A DNA stretch of 19,301 nucleotides, from NCBI GenBank assembly GCA_044220955.1, contig JBGAQA010000113.1, forward strand, positions 404 through 19,704. Reading direction: 5' to 3'. Shown here one piece after another: positions 8,373-16,903 of this stretch. The translations under genes were made by a program, and so were the position numbers. The notes under the pieces were generated by a model. It ran no database searches, had not been told where the DNA came from, and worked only from the letters and a program-made list of their open reading frames with translations. Position 1 is the stretch's first letter; the number at the start of each line of letters is the position of its first letter. The stretch comes from Sandaracinaceae bacterium (GTDB lineage Bacteria > Myxococcota_A > Polyangia > Polyangiales > Sandaracinaceae).

Positions 8373-9500
8373 ATGTCCCGTGCTGCCCTCGTCCTTGCGC
8401 TCGCGCTGTGTGGGGTGGGCTGCGCCAGCGGGACGGGGGTGAATCCGCGGGGAGACGGCGGGACGCGTGCCGACACGAGCAGCCCGGGCGACGACGCGGC
8501 GGTGGTGTGCGATCCCGCGTGCCTCACCGGCGAGACCTGCGTCGACGGGGTGTGCCACCCGGCGACCGAGGATCTGGACCACGACGGAGTCCCGGCCGCG
8601 ACCGACTGCGATGACGCGAGCGCGGCCGTCGGTACGATGTCGGAGCGCAGCTGTAGCTCGAGCTGCGGCGCGGGCGTCGAGCGCTGCACCGACGGGGTGT
8701 GGGCGATGTGCACCGCGCCGACCTCGTGCGACTGCACGGTCGGCGAGCCGCCGCGGACGATCGCGTGCATGCACTGCGGGATGCAGCAGCAGGTGTGCAC
8801 GGCCGGTGTGTGGACCGACTCGGGCCTGTGCGCGGGCGGCGGACCTTGCTCTCCGGGCGACATGGACCTCGGCGGCACGTGCGGGATGTGCGGCACGCAG
8901 ATGCGAACCTGCCAGGCGGACTGCACGTGGGGTGCGTGGTCGTGCTCGGGCGAGGGCGTCTGCGTGGCCGGGATGACGGAGAGCGGCGACCAGGCGTGCG
9001 GGACGTGCAGCACCGGGACGCAGACGCGCTCGCGCACGTGCGACGCCGCGACCTGCCAGTGGGGCAGCTGGACGTCGTGGAGCACGTGCGTCGGCGGCGG
9101 CAGCGGCGTGTGCACGCCCGGGCAGACGGAGACGGACTCGCAGGCGTGCGGCAACTGCGGCTCGGGCACGCAGACCCGAACACGCAGCTGCGACGTGGCG
9201 GCGGGCTGCGCTTGGGGCGCGTGGAGCGCGTTCGGCGCGTGCAGCGGGTCGAGCGGCTGCACGCCCGGCTCGACGAGCGCGTGCAGCCCCCAGGACGACT
9301 GCGGCGAGCGCGTCTGCACCTCCAGCTGCACGTGGAGCGCGTGTCAGCCGCGTGTCAGCGGCGGGTGCCTGTGCAACAACGCCTCGCCCGGCAGTGGTTG
9401 CCGGGCCTTCCAGTGCTGCACGACCGGTGGCTCGGGTGGCTGGCAGTTCTGCAGTCCGTCCACCTGCCGGTACAACCCATGCGCCGTTCACTCCTGCTGA
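8373..9500 (+). CDS. Cys/Trp-rich lipoprotein with thrombospondin type-1-like repeats
   Basis: ATG 8373, MSRAALVLALALCGVG|C lipobox; DLDHDG...DCDD metal-binding-like motif; repeated C-G-x-C-x-x-GTQTRxRxC...WGxW units. Confidence 0.85.
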   Translation: MSRAALVLALALCGVGCASGTGVNPRGDGGTRADTSSPGDDAAVVCDPACLTGETCVDGVCHPATEDLDHDGVPAATDCDDASAAVGTMSERSCSSSCGAGVERCTDGVWAMCTAPTSCDCTVGEPPRTIACMHCGMQQQVCTAGVWTDSGLCAGGGPCSPGDMDLGGTCGMCGTQMRTCQADCTWGAWSCSGEGVCVAGMTESGDQACGTCSTGTQTRSRTCDAATCQWGSWTSWSTCVGGGSGVCTPGQTETDSQACGNCGSGTQTRTRSCDVAAGCAWGAWSAFGACSGSSGCTPGSTSACSPQDDCGERVCTSSCTWSACQPRVSGGCLCNNASPGSGCRAFQCCTTGGSGGWQFCSPSTCRYNPCAVHSC

Positions 9501-10711
9501 TCTTCGGCGCACTGCTGCCCGGTGTCTCGGTCCTCGCGGCCGGCTGCTCGTGTGCTGGCGATCCGCCGCCCACGGTCGACGCGGGCTCGGACGCCCCCGC
9601 GGTCGACGCCTGGACGGCGCCGGACGCGTGGTCGTTCCAGATCGCGCCGCACGCGCCGGGCTCCGTGGTGCCGGACCAGGGCGGCACGCGGCTGACGCAC
9701 CCGCAGCTCGTGGTCATCACGTACGCCGACGATCCGAACCGCGCGACGCTCGAGGCCGACGCGGCTTGGGTCGCGACGTCCGGCTGGCTCACGAGGGTCG
9801 GGGCCGAGTACGGGATCGGGGACGGGTCGGTCCTCGCGAACGTTCGCCGCACGGACGCGGCGCCGGTGTCGACCACGACGGCCGAGATCCAGGCGATGCT
9901 GGAGGCGGGAGTGAACGACCACTCCCTGCCGCGCGCGGCGGATGGGACGCTCCACGACGTCCTCTATCTGATCTACTTCCCGAGCACGACGACGATCACG
10001 GATCCGGACCTCGGTCAGAGCTGCATGTCGTACGGCGGCTACCACTTCGAGGGACGAGACGCCGGCGGGGTACCCTTCGCGTACGCGGTGATCCCCGCGT
10101 GCACGGCGTTCAACCCCTCGCTCACCGACCTCGAGTTCGAGCAGGAGGCCGTGAGCCACGAGGTGATCGAGGCCGCGACCGACGCCCTGCCGACGAGCGA
10201 CCCGGCGTACGCGTTCTCGCAGCGGGGGCCGGACTACTCGCCCTGGCTCTACGTCGGGCCCGAGCTCGCGGACCTCTGCGCGCTGCGGGTCGGGCCGAAC
10301 GCCGCCTATCGCGAGGGCGGGTTCGTGGCCACGCGCATGTGGTCCAACGCCATCGCCGCGGCGGGCAACGCGGACCCGTGCATCCCCGACTCGGGCGTCC
10401 CTTTCCGGTCGATCTCCATCACGCCGGACACGATCCAGTTCATCACGGCGGGCGAGTCGATCACCTTCGCCATCGACGCGTGGACCACGGCGCCGGTGCC
10501 CGACTACCAGCTCTACGCAGCCGTCTCGGGCGGCACCTTCATGCCGGACGCGGCGCTCGACCGCACGATGGTGAACAACGGTGACCACGCCACGCTCACC
10601 GTCACGGCGCCCGCCGGCAGTCCGAGCGGCGCGTACGCGCTCGTCTACGTCGAGGTCGTCACCAGCACGACCGAGTACGACGGCATCCCCGTCGTCGTGG
10701 TGGTCCCCTGA
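9479..10711 (+). CDS. Lipoprotein of unknown function with HExxE motif and C-terminal beta-rich domain
   Basis: ATG 9479 overlaps the upstream gene by 22 nt; MRRSLLLIFGALLPGVSVLAAG|C; motifs LYLIYFP, GGYH, YAVIP, SHEVIEAATD, ELADLC, WSN. Confidence 0.82.
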   Translation: MRRSLLLIFGALLPGVSVLAAGCSCAGDPPPTVDAGSDAPAVDAWTAPDAWSFQIAPHAPGSVVPDQGGTRLTHPQLVVITYADDPNRATLEADAAWVATSGWLTRVGAEYGIGDGSVLANVRRTDAAPVSTTTAEIQAMLEAGVNDHSLPRAADGTLHDVLYLIYFPSTTTITDPDLGQSCMSYGGYHFEGRDAGGVPFAYAVIPACTAFNPSLTDLEFEQEAVSHEVIEAATDALPTSDPAYAFSQRGPDYSPWLYVGPELADLCALRVGPNAAYREGGFVATRMWSNAIAAAGNADPCIPDSGVPFRSISITPDTIQFITAGESITFAIDAWTTAPVPDYQLYAAVSGGTFMPDAALDRTMVNNGDHATLTVTAPAGSPSGAYALVYVEVVTSTTEYDGIPVVVVVP

Positions 10712-10746
10712 TCGGTGCCCCTGATCGGGGTTGCCCCTGATCGGGG
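10705..10746. repeat. Three direct copies of CCCCTGATCGG
   Basis: Copies start at 10705, 10718 and 10734; the first contains the upstream gene's TGA stop; the last two read CCCCTGATCGGGG, a near-palindrome. Confidence 0.8.
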
Positions 10747-10907
10747 TCACTCCACGCCACCCCAAACACGCGTAATCATTGGGTACTGGCGGCAAGGTGC
10801 GCGTTTTGCGTTCGACGCCGTCAGCGCGGGCGATCCGCACGAATCGCGCACCTTGCCGCAGGAGCCGTGTGATTCCAGCTATTTGTGAGGGTGTGGAGTG
10901 ACCCCGA
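10741..10907. mobile_element. MITE/REPIN-like ~167-bp palindromic element
   Basis: Perfect 15-bp outer inverted repeats TCGGGGTCACTCCAC (10741-10755) and GTGGAGTGACCCCGA (10893-10907); perfect 15-bp inner inverted repeats GCGGCAAGGTGCGCG (10789-10803) and CGCGCACCTTGCCGC (10845-10859); locally more AT-rich; no transposase. Confidence 0.7.
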
Positions 10908-11790
10908 AGAAGAAGCCGTCGTCGCCCTGGCCCTGGTAGAGCGGCAGGATCACGAGGCCGTGGGCCGGGGCGCGGATGACCCGGCGGCCGTCCTTGGCGA
11001 GGAGCTGGCCCTTCCTCACGTGCGCGAGGTTCGCGAAGCCGGGCGCCATGACGAACTGGTCGCCAGGGTGGATGGCGTAGCGCGCCACGACGTCCATGAC
11101 CCGGGGGATGTCGCCGCGCGCGGCGTCGAGGTGCGCTCTCGCCGCGGCGACGTCGGAGACGGTCGCGACGCCGCATGCGTCGAGCGCGACCTCGAGCGTG
11201 GCCTCGAGGTGATCGATCGTGAGCGGGTCGTCGTGCTGGCCGCCCTCGACCGCGATCGCGGTGGCGCCGCGTTCCACGAGGTAGCTCGAGAGAACCCCCG
11301 CGAGCGCCGTCGCCAGGCCGCGAACCATCGGCAGCGGGAAGCGGCGCGCGAACGCGTCCTGCGCCTCGGAGTCGTAGATGCCGAACGCATAGCCCGCGGC
11401 GCTCGTCGTGTGGAAGTCGAGCGCGAACACCGGGCCACGCGCGTCCGCGAACGCGCGATCGAGCTCGACCAGGAGGGCGCGCTGCTCGGCGTCCTCCGCG
11501 TCGTCGAGCGCGGGGTCGTGCGCCCGCAGCGCCGCGACCTTCGCCGCCGTCCACTGCCGGTTGAGATCCTTCACCTGGAAGCGACGCCCGAGGCGCATCG
11601 CCGCGAGGTTCCCGCCCAGCACCACCAGCTCGCCGCGCACCGCCACGCGCTCGGCTGCGAGGCGCTCGATCACGCGCAGCGCCGCGGTCGCGCCCGCGGT
11701 CTCGTTGCCGTGGATCATGGTCGTGAGGATCAGCGTCGGCCCGGGCGCGTCCCCGCGGACGCGACCGAGCACGCGCTCGAAGTCCGGCAC
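10879..11790 (-). CDS. Succinylglutamate desuccinylase/aspartoacylase family (M14) Zn-dependent deacylase
   Basis: C-terminal part of ORF 10879..13185 from GTG 11790; motifs IHGNE, DLNR, LDFHTT, VEGGQH, and C-terminal F.MAPGF...ILPLYQGQGDDGFF. Confidence 0.9.
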   Translation of the reverse strand: MPDFERVLGRVRGDAPGPTLILTTMIHGNETAGATAALRVIERLAAERVAVRGELVVLGGNLAAMRLGRRFQVKDLNRQWTAAKVAALRAHDPALDDAEDAEQRALLVELDRAFADARGPVFALDFHTTSAAGYAFGIYDSEAQDAFARRFPLPMVRGLATALAGVLSSYLVERGATAIAVEGGQHDDPLTIDHLEATLEVALDACGVATVSDVAAARAHLDAARGDIPRVMDVVARYAIHPGDQFVMAPGFANLAHVRKGQLLAKDGRRVIRAPAHGLVILPLYQGQGDDGFFFGVTPHPHK

Positions 11791-11795
11791 GGCCT

Positions 11796-13751
11796 TCAGT
11801 CCGACTCGGAGAGCTTCTGCTCGAGCAGCTCGGCGGCGATCCCCATGAAGTCCTCCTCCGTGAGGATGGCGACGAGGTGCCCCTCCTGCACGACGGGCAG
11901 GCAGCCGATGCGGTAGCGCTTCAGGAGCGCGATCGCCTCGAGCGTCGGCGTCTCCGGCGTCACCGTGATCACGTCGCGCCGCATGATGTCGGAGACCGGC
12001 GTGCTGCCGGCCTCGCGCGCGTCGCCGCTCGTCTTGCGCAGGCTGTTCAGGTAGCGGAGCACCGCGCGGTAGCTGACCACGCCGACGAGCTTGCCCGTGC
12101 CGTCCTCGACCGGGACGTGGCGGATGCGCTCCCAGCCCATCAGGTCGGCGACCAGCTCGACCGCATCGTCGGGCTGCACGGTGAAGATGTCGGTCGTCAT
12201 GTACTGCGCGACCTTGTTGTACGAGTGCTTGGCGCTCGCCGCCTCGTCGAGGCGCGCGCGCTCCCACTCGGCGACCGGGCGCCCGGTCTTCTGGCGCGCG
12301 ACCGTCGCCGCGACGAGCGCGTTGAGCCGCTCGCCGGGCGAGCCCTTGTTCTGCATGCCCGCGAGCGACTGCACCATCCAGCGCGAGCCCGTGCGCATCG
12401 TGCGCGTGCGGTTCTCCACCATGCCGAGGTACTTCTTGATGTCGCCGTCGTCGATCTTCACCCGGCGCAGGCCGCTCTCGGCCATCGGCAAGAGCTTGTC
12501 CAAGACGAGCGCCTGCGCATCGATCTCCTGCCCGTCGAGCCACGTGAAGCGCGCGCCGAGCCCCTCGCGCGCCGCTGCGTAGAGGTTGCCCTGCGCCTGG
12601 TCGAACTCCATGTGCTTGGTGACGTCCTCGACGGTCGCGCCCATCTCGCTCATCAGGCCGAGCCAGAACGCGGCGTTCGCGATCTCGTCGCCGATCGAGG
12701 GGCCGCTCGGCATCACGCGCATCTCGATGCGCAGGTGGGGCTTGCCCGAGCCGCCGGGGGGTGGAGTGCCGTAGCAGGCGCGGTTCCAGCGGTAGACGGT
12801 GCCGTTGTGCAGGCGCAGCGCCTTGAGCTGGGGTACGCGGCCCGCGTCGAGCGCCTCCATCGGATCCTCGTCGAGGTCGGTCCCCACGAGCGAGCGGAAG
12901 CGCGCGACGTCTTCCTTGTAGATCTCCATGACGCTCTTGCCGACCCAGCGCTTTCCGAAGCTCACGCGCGCGATCGAGTCGCGCATGTGCTGGCCGGGCT
13001 TGCGCGTGTCGACCGCCTGCTCGAAGAGCGCGATGCGTGTCTCCGACCAGAGGCGCTTGCCGAAGAGCACGGACGAGTTCGTCGCGATGGCGAGCGAGGG
13101 TCCGAGCACCGCCTGCGCGATGTTGTACATGCGCGCGAACTGATCGGGGTCGACCTGCAGGTGCACCTGGAACGAGCAGTTGCACGCCTCGACCATCACC
13201 GAGTCGTGGCGGACGATCAGCTCGTCCATGCCCTTGATGGAGAAGTCGTAGGGCTCGCCGCGCATGTTGGTCGTGGCGCGGTTCAGCGCCATGTAGCGCG
13301 GGGAGGGCACCATGCTCTCGAGGCCGAGGTCGCTCTTGCGGATGGTCGGCAGGATCCCGACGAGCACCGGGTGCAGATCGAGCTCGCTCGTCGCGCTGCG
13401 GACGCGCTCGTAGAGCCCCGAGAGCTGCGCCTCGAGCGCGGAGATGCCCTTGCCGCCGAAGGGCTGCGGGTCCGCGTTCATCTCGAGCTGGAAGAGGCCG
13501 AGCTCCGTGGTGAAGTGCGGATCCTGCAGCTTCTCCATCACCTTGAGCGCGGAGAGCGCGGGCTGGTACGCCTTGTCGACGAGGAACATCTCCTGCTCGG
13601 CGCCGATCCGGCCGACGCCCGACTCGAGCATGTTCTCGGCGAGCATCCGCTCCAGCGCGCGCAGGTCGGCGAGGATCGCGCGCGTGAAGCGGCGTCGATC
13701 CTCTCCCGCGAGCTCGCCCTCGACCTTCTTGTGATCCCTGGTGTCTTCCAT
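11796..13751 (-). CDS. Glutamate-cysteine ligase family 2 (GCS2)-like carboxylate-amine ligase with a C-terminal CBS domain pair
   Basis: ATG 13751 overlaps the upstream TGA; motifs IGAEQEMFLVD, ELGLFQLEMN, SFQVHLQV, HNGTVYRWNR, LRIEMRVMPSGP; CBS repeats VAQYMTTDIFTV..IRHVPV and VSDIMRRDVITV..IGCLPV. Confidence 0.9.
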   Translation of the reverse strand: MEDTRDHKKVEGELAGEDRRRFTRAILADLRALERMLAENMLESGVGRIGAEQEMFLVDKAYQPALSALKVMEKLQDPHFTTELGLFQLEMNADPQPFGGKGISALEAQLSGLYERVRSATSELDLHPVLVGILPTIRKSDLGLESMVPSPRYMALNRATTNMRGEPYDFSIKGMDELIVRHDSVMVEACNCSFQVHLQVDPDQFARMYNIAQAVLGPSLAIATNSSVLFGKRLWSETRIALFEQAVDTRKPGQHMRDSIARVSFGKRWVGKSVMEIYKEDVARFRSLVGTDLDEDPMEALDAGRVPQLKALRLHNGTVYRWNRACYGTPPPGGSGKPHLRIEMRVMPSGPSIGDEIANAAFWLGLMSEMGATVEDVTKHMEFDQAQGNLYAAAREGLGARFTWLDGQEIDAQALVLDKLLPMAESGLRRVKIDDGDIKKYLGMVENRTRTMRTGSRWMVQSLAGMQNKGSPGERLNALVAATVARQKTGRPVAEWERARLDEAASAKHSYNKVAQYMTTDIFTVQPDDAVELVADLMGWERIRHVPVEDGTGKLVGVVSYRAVLRYLNSLRKTSGDAREAGSTPVSDIMRRDVITVTPETPTLEAIALLKRYRIGCLPVVQEGHLVAILTEEDFMGIAAELLEQKLSESD

Positions 13752-14503
13752 CAGCCGTTCTCGGCCTTCATTTCGTTCGTCCACTCGGTGAGGTACTGCG
13801 GCAGCATCTTGCGCCACGTCGGCCAGTCGTGGTGCCAGTCCGGGCCCCACGGATCCACGCGGTTCGGGATGCCCTTGTCGCCGAGCACCTTCGCCATCGC
13901 CCAGGTCTCGCCCATGTTCTCCGCGCGCCCGGCGCCGCTCGCGAAGAGGATGAAGTTCTTCCGCAGGCGGTCGAGGTGCGGACCGCTGAGCGTCGGCACG
14001 AACTGCAGCGGCGAGCTCACGAAGTAGTCGTCGGTGTAGCGGTCGACCTCGATGAAGCGCATCAGGTTGAAGGTGCCGCTCATCGGCAGCGCGCGGCTGA
14101 ACAGATCGGGGAAGCGGCACGTGACCGCGACGCTGTGGAACGCGCCGATGGACGCGCCGGTGACCCAGATGGGCAGCGCCACGCCGCAGTCCTTGTGGAT
14201 CGCGGGCACGACCTCGTGCTTGATGTACTGTTGGAACTGGTTGTTCATCCACATGCGGTGGCCCGGCGTTCCCTCCTTGCCGAACCACGCCTTGCCCGCG
14301 ACCGAGTCGCACGAGTAGACCTTGATCTTCCCGGCCGAGATGAGCGGCTCCAGGACGCGGATCATCAGGAAGCGCTCGATCTCCTCGGCGTCGCCCCCCG
14401 CCGTGGGAATGATCAACACCGGCTGCCCGAAGTGTCCCCAGCGACAGAGGGTCGCCTCGGTTCCCGTACGTTCACTGCGCCACCGCGACTTCACGAAGCT
14501 CAA
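13751..14503 (-). CDS. Alpha/beta-hydrolase esterase (COG4947-like)
   Basis: TTG start with AAGGAGG 7 nt upstream; WGHFGQPVLIIPTAGG, nucleophile elbow GASIG, MSG, C-terminal WG.DWHHDWPTW. Confidence 0.88.
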   Translation of the reverse strand: MSFVKSRWRSERTGTEATLCRWGHFGQPVLIIPTAGGDAEEIERFLMIRVLEPLISAGKIKVYSCDSVAGKAWFGKEGTPGHRMWMNNQFQQYIKHEVVPAIHKDCGVALPIWVTGASIGAFHSVAVTCRFPDLFSRALPMSGTFNLMRFIEVDRYTDDYFVSSPLQFVPTLSGPHLDRLRKNFILFASGAGRAENMGETWAMAKVLGDKGIPNRVDPWGPDWHHDWPTWRKMLPQYLTEWTNEMKAENG

Positions 14504-14510
14504 GAACCGG

Positions 14511-14517
14511 CCTCCTT
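14511..14517 (-). promoter_or_regulatory. Ribosome-binding site of the esterase operon
   Basis: CCTCCTT on + equals AAGGAGG on -, 7 nt before the TTG start. Confidence 0.75.
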
Positions 14518-14600
14518 CGGATGCCCTCGCGCATTCTCACACACCCGCCGCCGCCTGCGACAGGGGGTTGTTGCGCTATCATCGCGGCGCGGAGGCAGGA

Positions 14601-15587
14601 ATGCGCGCGATCTTGGCTTGTTGGGTGGTCCTCGGCGTGGCTGGCGCGGTGTCGGGGTGCGGGGGCGTCTCGAGCGAACCGACGCCCGACAGCAGCGCCG
14701 GTCTCGACGCCGGTTCGGGCAGCGACGCGGGCCCCCGGCTCGACACGGGCGTCCCGCCTGTCGACGCGGGCGTTCCGCCCGTCGACACGGGTGTTCCGCC
14801 TGTCGACGCGGGCGTTCCGCCTGTCGACACGGGTGTTCCGCCTGGCGATACGGGCCTGGACGCCGCGACGGCCTCCGACACGGGCGTCGATGCCGCGAGC
14901 GCGACCGACGCGGGCGGCGCGTGCACGTCGGACTCCGACTGCCCGAGCCGCGGCGGGACGACGCGTTTCTGCATGTTCCCGACGGGCGCCTGCGGTGGCA
15001 CCGGCACGTGCGCGACCTCGGGCGGGATCTGCAGCGCGCTCTTCGCGCCCGTCTGCGGCTGCGACGGGGCCACGTACTCCAACGCGAGCTGCGCGACCGC
15101 GGCGGGCGTGTCCGTCGACCACGACGGAGCGTGCGGCACGGCGACCGGCTGCGCGGTCGACCGCGACTGCGCGGGCGGCGAGTTCTGCGACTTCACGGAC
15201 GGCACCTGCGGCGGCACCGGCACGTGCATCTCGCGCGGGATCGGCGTGCTCTGCGTCGCGACCTGCACGCCCGAGTGCGGCTGCGACGGCAGCTGGTACC
15301 AGAACCAGTGCTACCGCGAGCAGGCGGGGACCTCGCTCGACGCCGCGGGCGGCTGCCGCGGCACGCCGCCCTGTGCGACGACGTGCGGCTGCGTGCGCGA
15401 CCGCGACTGCAGCGCCACCGAGGAGTGTGTGGCGACCGCGAGCGGCGGCGTGTGCCACCCGAAGCTGACCGTCCCCATGTGCTGGCGCAACTCCGACTGC
15501 CCGCGCGGCCAGACCTGCATGGGCGAGCGCGTCTGCCCGTGCGGCGCGTCGTGCTTCGCCGCCGACGCTCCCGGCACCTGCGGCTAA
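14601..15587 (+). CDS. Cys-rich lipoprotein with two Kazal-like modules and a Pro-rich repeat linker
   Basis: GGAGG at 14591 then ATG 14601; MRAILACWVVLGVAGAVSG|C lipobox; CSALFAPVCGCDGATYSNASCA and CVATCTPECGCDGSWYQNQCY; additional CxxDxDC modules. Confidence 0.85.
   Translation: MRAILACWVVLGVAGAVSGCGGVSSEPTPDSSAGLDAGSGSDAGPRLDTGVPPVDAGVPPVDTGVPPVDAGVPPVDTGVPPGDTGLDAATASDTGVDAASATDAGGACTSDSDCPSRGGTTRFCMFPTGACGGTGTCATSGGICSALFAPVCGCDGATYSNASCATAAGVSVDHDGACGTATGCAVDRDCAGGEFCDFTDGTCGGTGTCISRGIGVLCVATCTPECGCDGSWYQNQCYREQAGTSLDAAGGCRGTPPCATTCGCVRDRDCSATEECVATASGGVCHPKLTVPMCWRNSDCPRGQTCMGERVCPCGASCFAADAPGTCG
14741..14855 (+). repeat. In-frame 21-nt tandem repeat, about 5.5 copies, encoding D(T/A)GVPPV
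   Basis: Units CGAC(A/G)CGGG(C/T)GT(T/C)CCGCC(T/C)G(T/G) start at 14741, 14762, 14783, 14804 and 14825, with a partial unit at 14846. Confidence 0.92.
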
Positions 15588-15721
15588 TGTCCTGACCGGA
15601 GCGTACGGACACCGGCCGATCCGAGCTGGCCGCGGCGTGGGCGGGTACCCCGTTGCTTCGCTGCGACGCGGCAAGCACACGCCTCCCTTGCCGGGATCGA
15701 ACGCGCCGTCCACGGCACTGG

Positions 15722-16903
15722 TCAGGCGACCAGGCCGAGCCGCCGCACGCGCGGCGTGAGCACGACGAACGAGAGCACGAGCAAGAGGAGCGCGGTGCTC
15801 GCAGCGAAGGGGAGCGGCTGCGCCACCTGATAGAGCGCCGGTCCGACCAGCGGGCCGACGAGGCGCCCGAGCCCCTGCGCGGAGCTGTTCGCGCCGGCGA
15901 CGTCGCCCTGCTCGTCGTCGGACGCGCTGAGCGAGAGCGCCGCCGTCACGCCGGGCATCACGAGGCCCTGGCCGAGGCCCTGCAGCGCCATCGCGAGCGC
16001 GAGCGAGGTGAAGTCGCCCGTGAACACGAGGAGCGCCATCCCGAGCGTCGTCAGCGGTAGACCCAGCATGAGCAGGCGGCCGGGCGCGATCTGGAACCGG
16101 CGCACGATGAAGCCCTGCGCGAAGACCGCGACGACACCGTAGACGCCGAGCGCGCGACCGACGAAGTAGGGCGTCTGCTCGTGCGCGAGGTGGAGGCGAT
16201 CCTCGAACGCGAACGCGACCGTCTGCTCCATGAGGACGCTCGCGAAGGTGGTGACGAACGCGATCGCGAGCAGCGTGCGCGCGTTGCCCACGACGCGACG
16301 GAAGCTCGGTGGTGCGGCGGGGGGGCCAGCGCGCTCGGGCTCGCGCAGGAGCGCCGAGGCGAGCACGGCGTTCACCGCGGCGATCCCCACCGAGACCCAG
16401 ATCGGCGCGTAGAGCCCGAAGAAGTGCGAGGTGAACGCCCCGATCACGGGGCCGAACACGATCCCGAGGCCGAACGCGGCGCCGATGACGGCCATGCCGC
16501 GCGTCCGGTTCTCGCGCGCCGTGAGGTCGGCCGCCCAGGCCTGCGCGGTGGGGATCGTCGCCGAGGAGAGGACACCGCCGGCGAGGCGCACGCCCACGAG
16601 CGAGGCCAGGAGCGCCGGCCCCGCGAGCGTCCCGCGGGCGCCCAGCTCGGCGACCACGCCGAGGCCTACGAAGCCGACCCCGAAGCCGACGACCCCGACG
16701 AGGAGGACGGGCTTGCGGCCGTGCTGCTCGCTGAGCCGGCCCCAGAACGGTGCCGCGACGAACTGCGCGAGGGCGTAGCTCGTGGACGTGAGTCCGATCT
16801 CCGACTCGCTCAGCCCGAGCTCGCGGCCGAGCGGCGCGAGGACGGGGAAGAGGATCGAGAGCCCGAGGATGCTGTTGAACAGCGATAGGAACAGGAGCGG
16901 CAT
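15722..16903 (-). CDS. MFS transporter (TetA/DHA1-like)
   Basis: Roughly 12 hydrophobic segments; motif A WGRLSEQHGRKPVL; GAAFGLGIVFGPVIG antiporter-like motif C. Confidence 0.9.
   Translation of the reverse strand: MPLLFLSLFNSILGLSILFPVLAPLGRELGLSESEIGLTSTSYALAQFVAAPFWGRLSEQHGRKPVLLVGVVGFGVGFVGLGVVAELGARGTLAGPALLASLVGVRLAGGVLSSATIPTAQAWAADLTARENRTRGMAVIGAAFGLGIVFGPVIGAFTSHFFGLYAPIWVSVGIAAVNAVLASALLREPERAGPPAAPPSFRRVVGNARTLLAIAFVTTFASVLMEQTVAFAFEDRLHLAHEQTPYFVGRALGVYGVVAVFAQGFIVRRFQIAPGRLLMLGLPLTTLGMALLVFTGDFTSLALAMALQGLGQGLVMPGVTAALSLSASDDEQGDVAGANSSAQGLGRLVGPLVGPALYQVAQPLPFAASTALLLLVLSFVVLTPRVRRLGLVA

Noticed and set aside
7653..9500. Biosynthetic gene cluster (PPTase plus Cys-rich RiPP precursor)
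   Set aside because: The Cys-rich proteins have lipoprotein signal peptides, and no NRPS/PKS, carrier protein or RiPP maturase is present.
11791..13185. Apparent long N-terminal extension of the deacylase (and 13752-14312 for the ligase)
   Set aside because: These are alternative-frame overlaps with the upstream operon genes; there is no sign of a programmed frameshift or fusion.
14577..14582. TATCAT -10-like hexamer (also TATCGT at 3694 and TAGGGT at 16979)
   Set aside because: Plausibly placed but short and without clear -35 elements; not supportable from sequence alone.
14741..14855. Possible CRISPR array
   Set aside because: Repeats are contiguous with no spacers, lie in frame within a CDS, and no cas genes are present.
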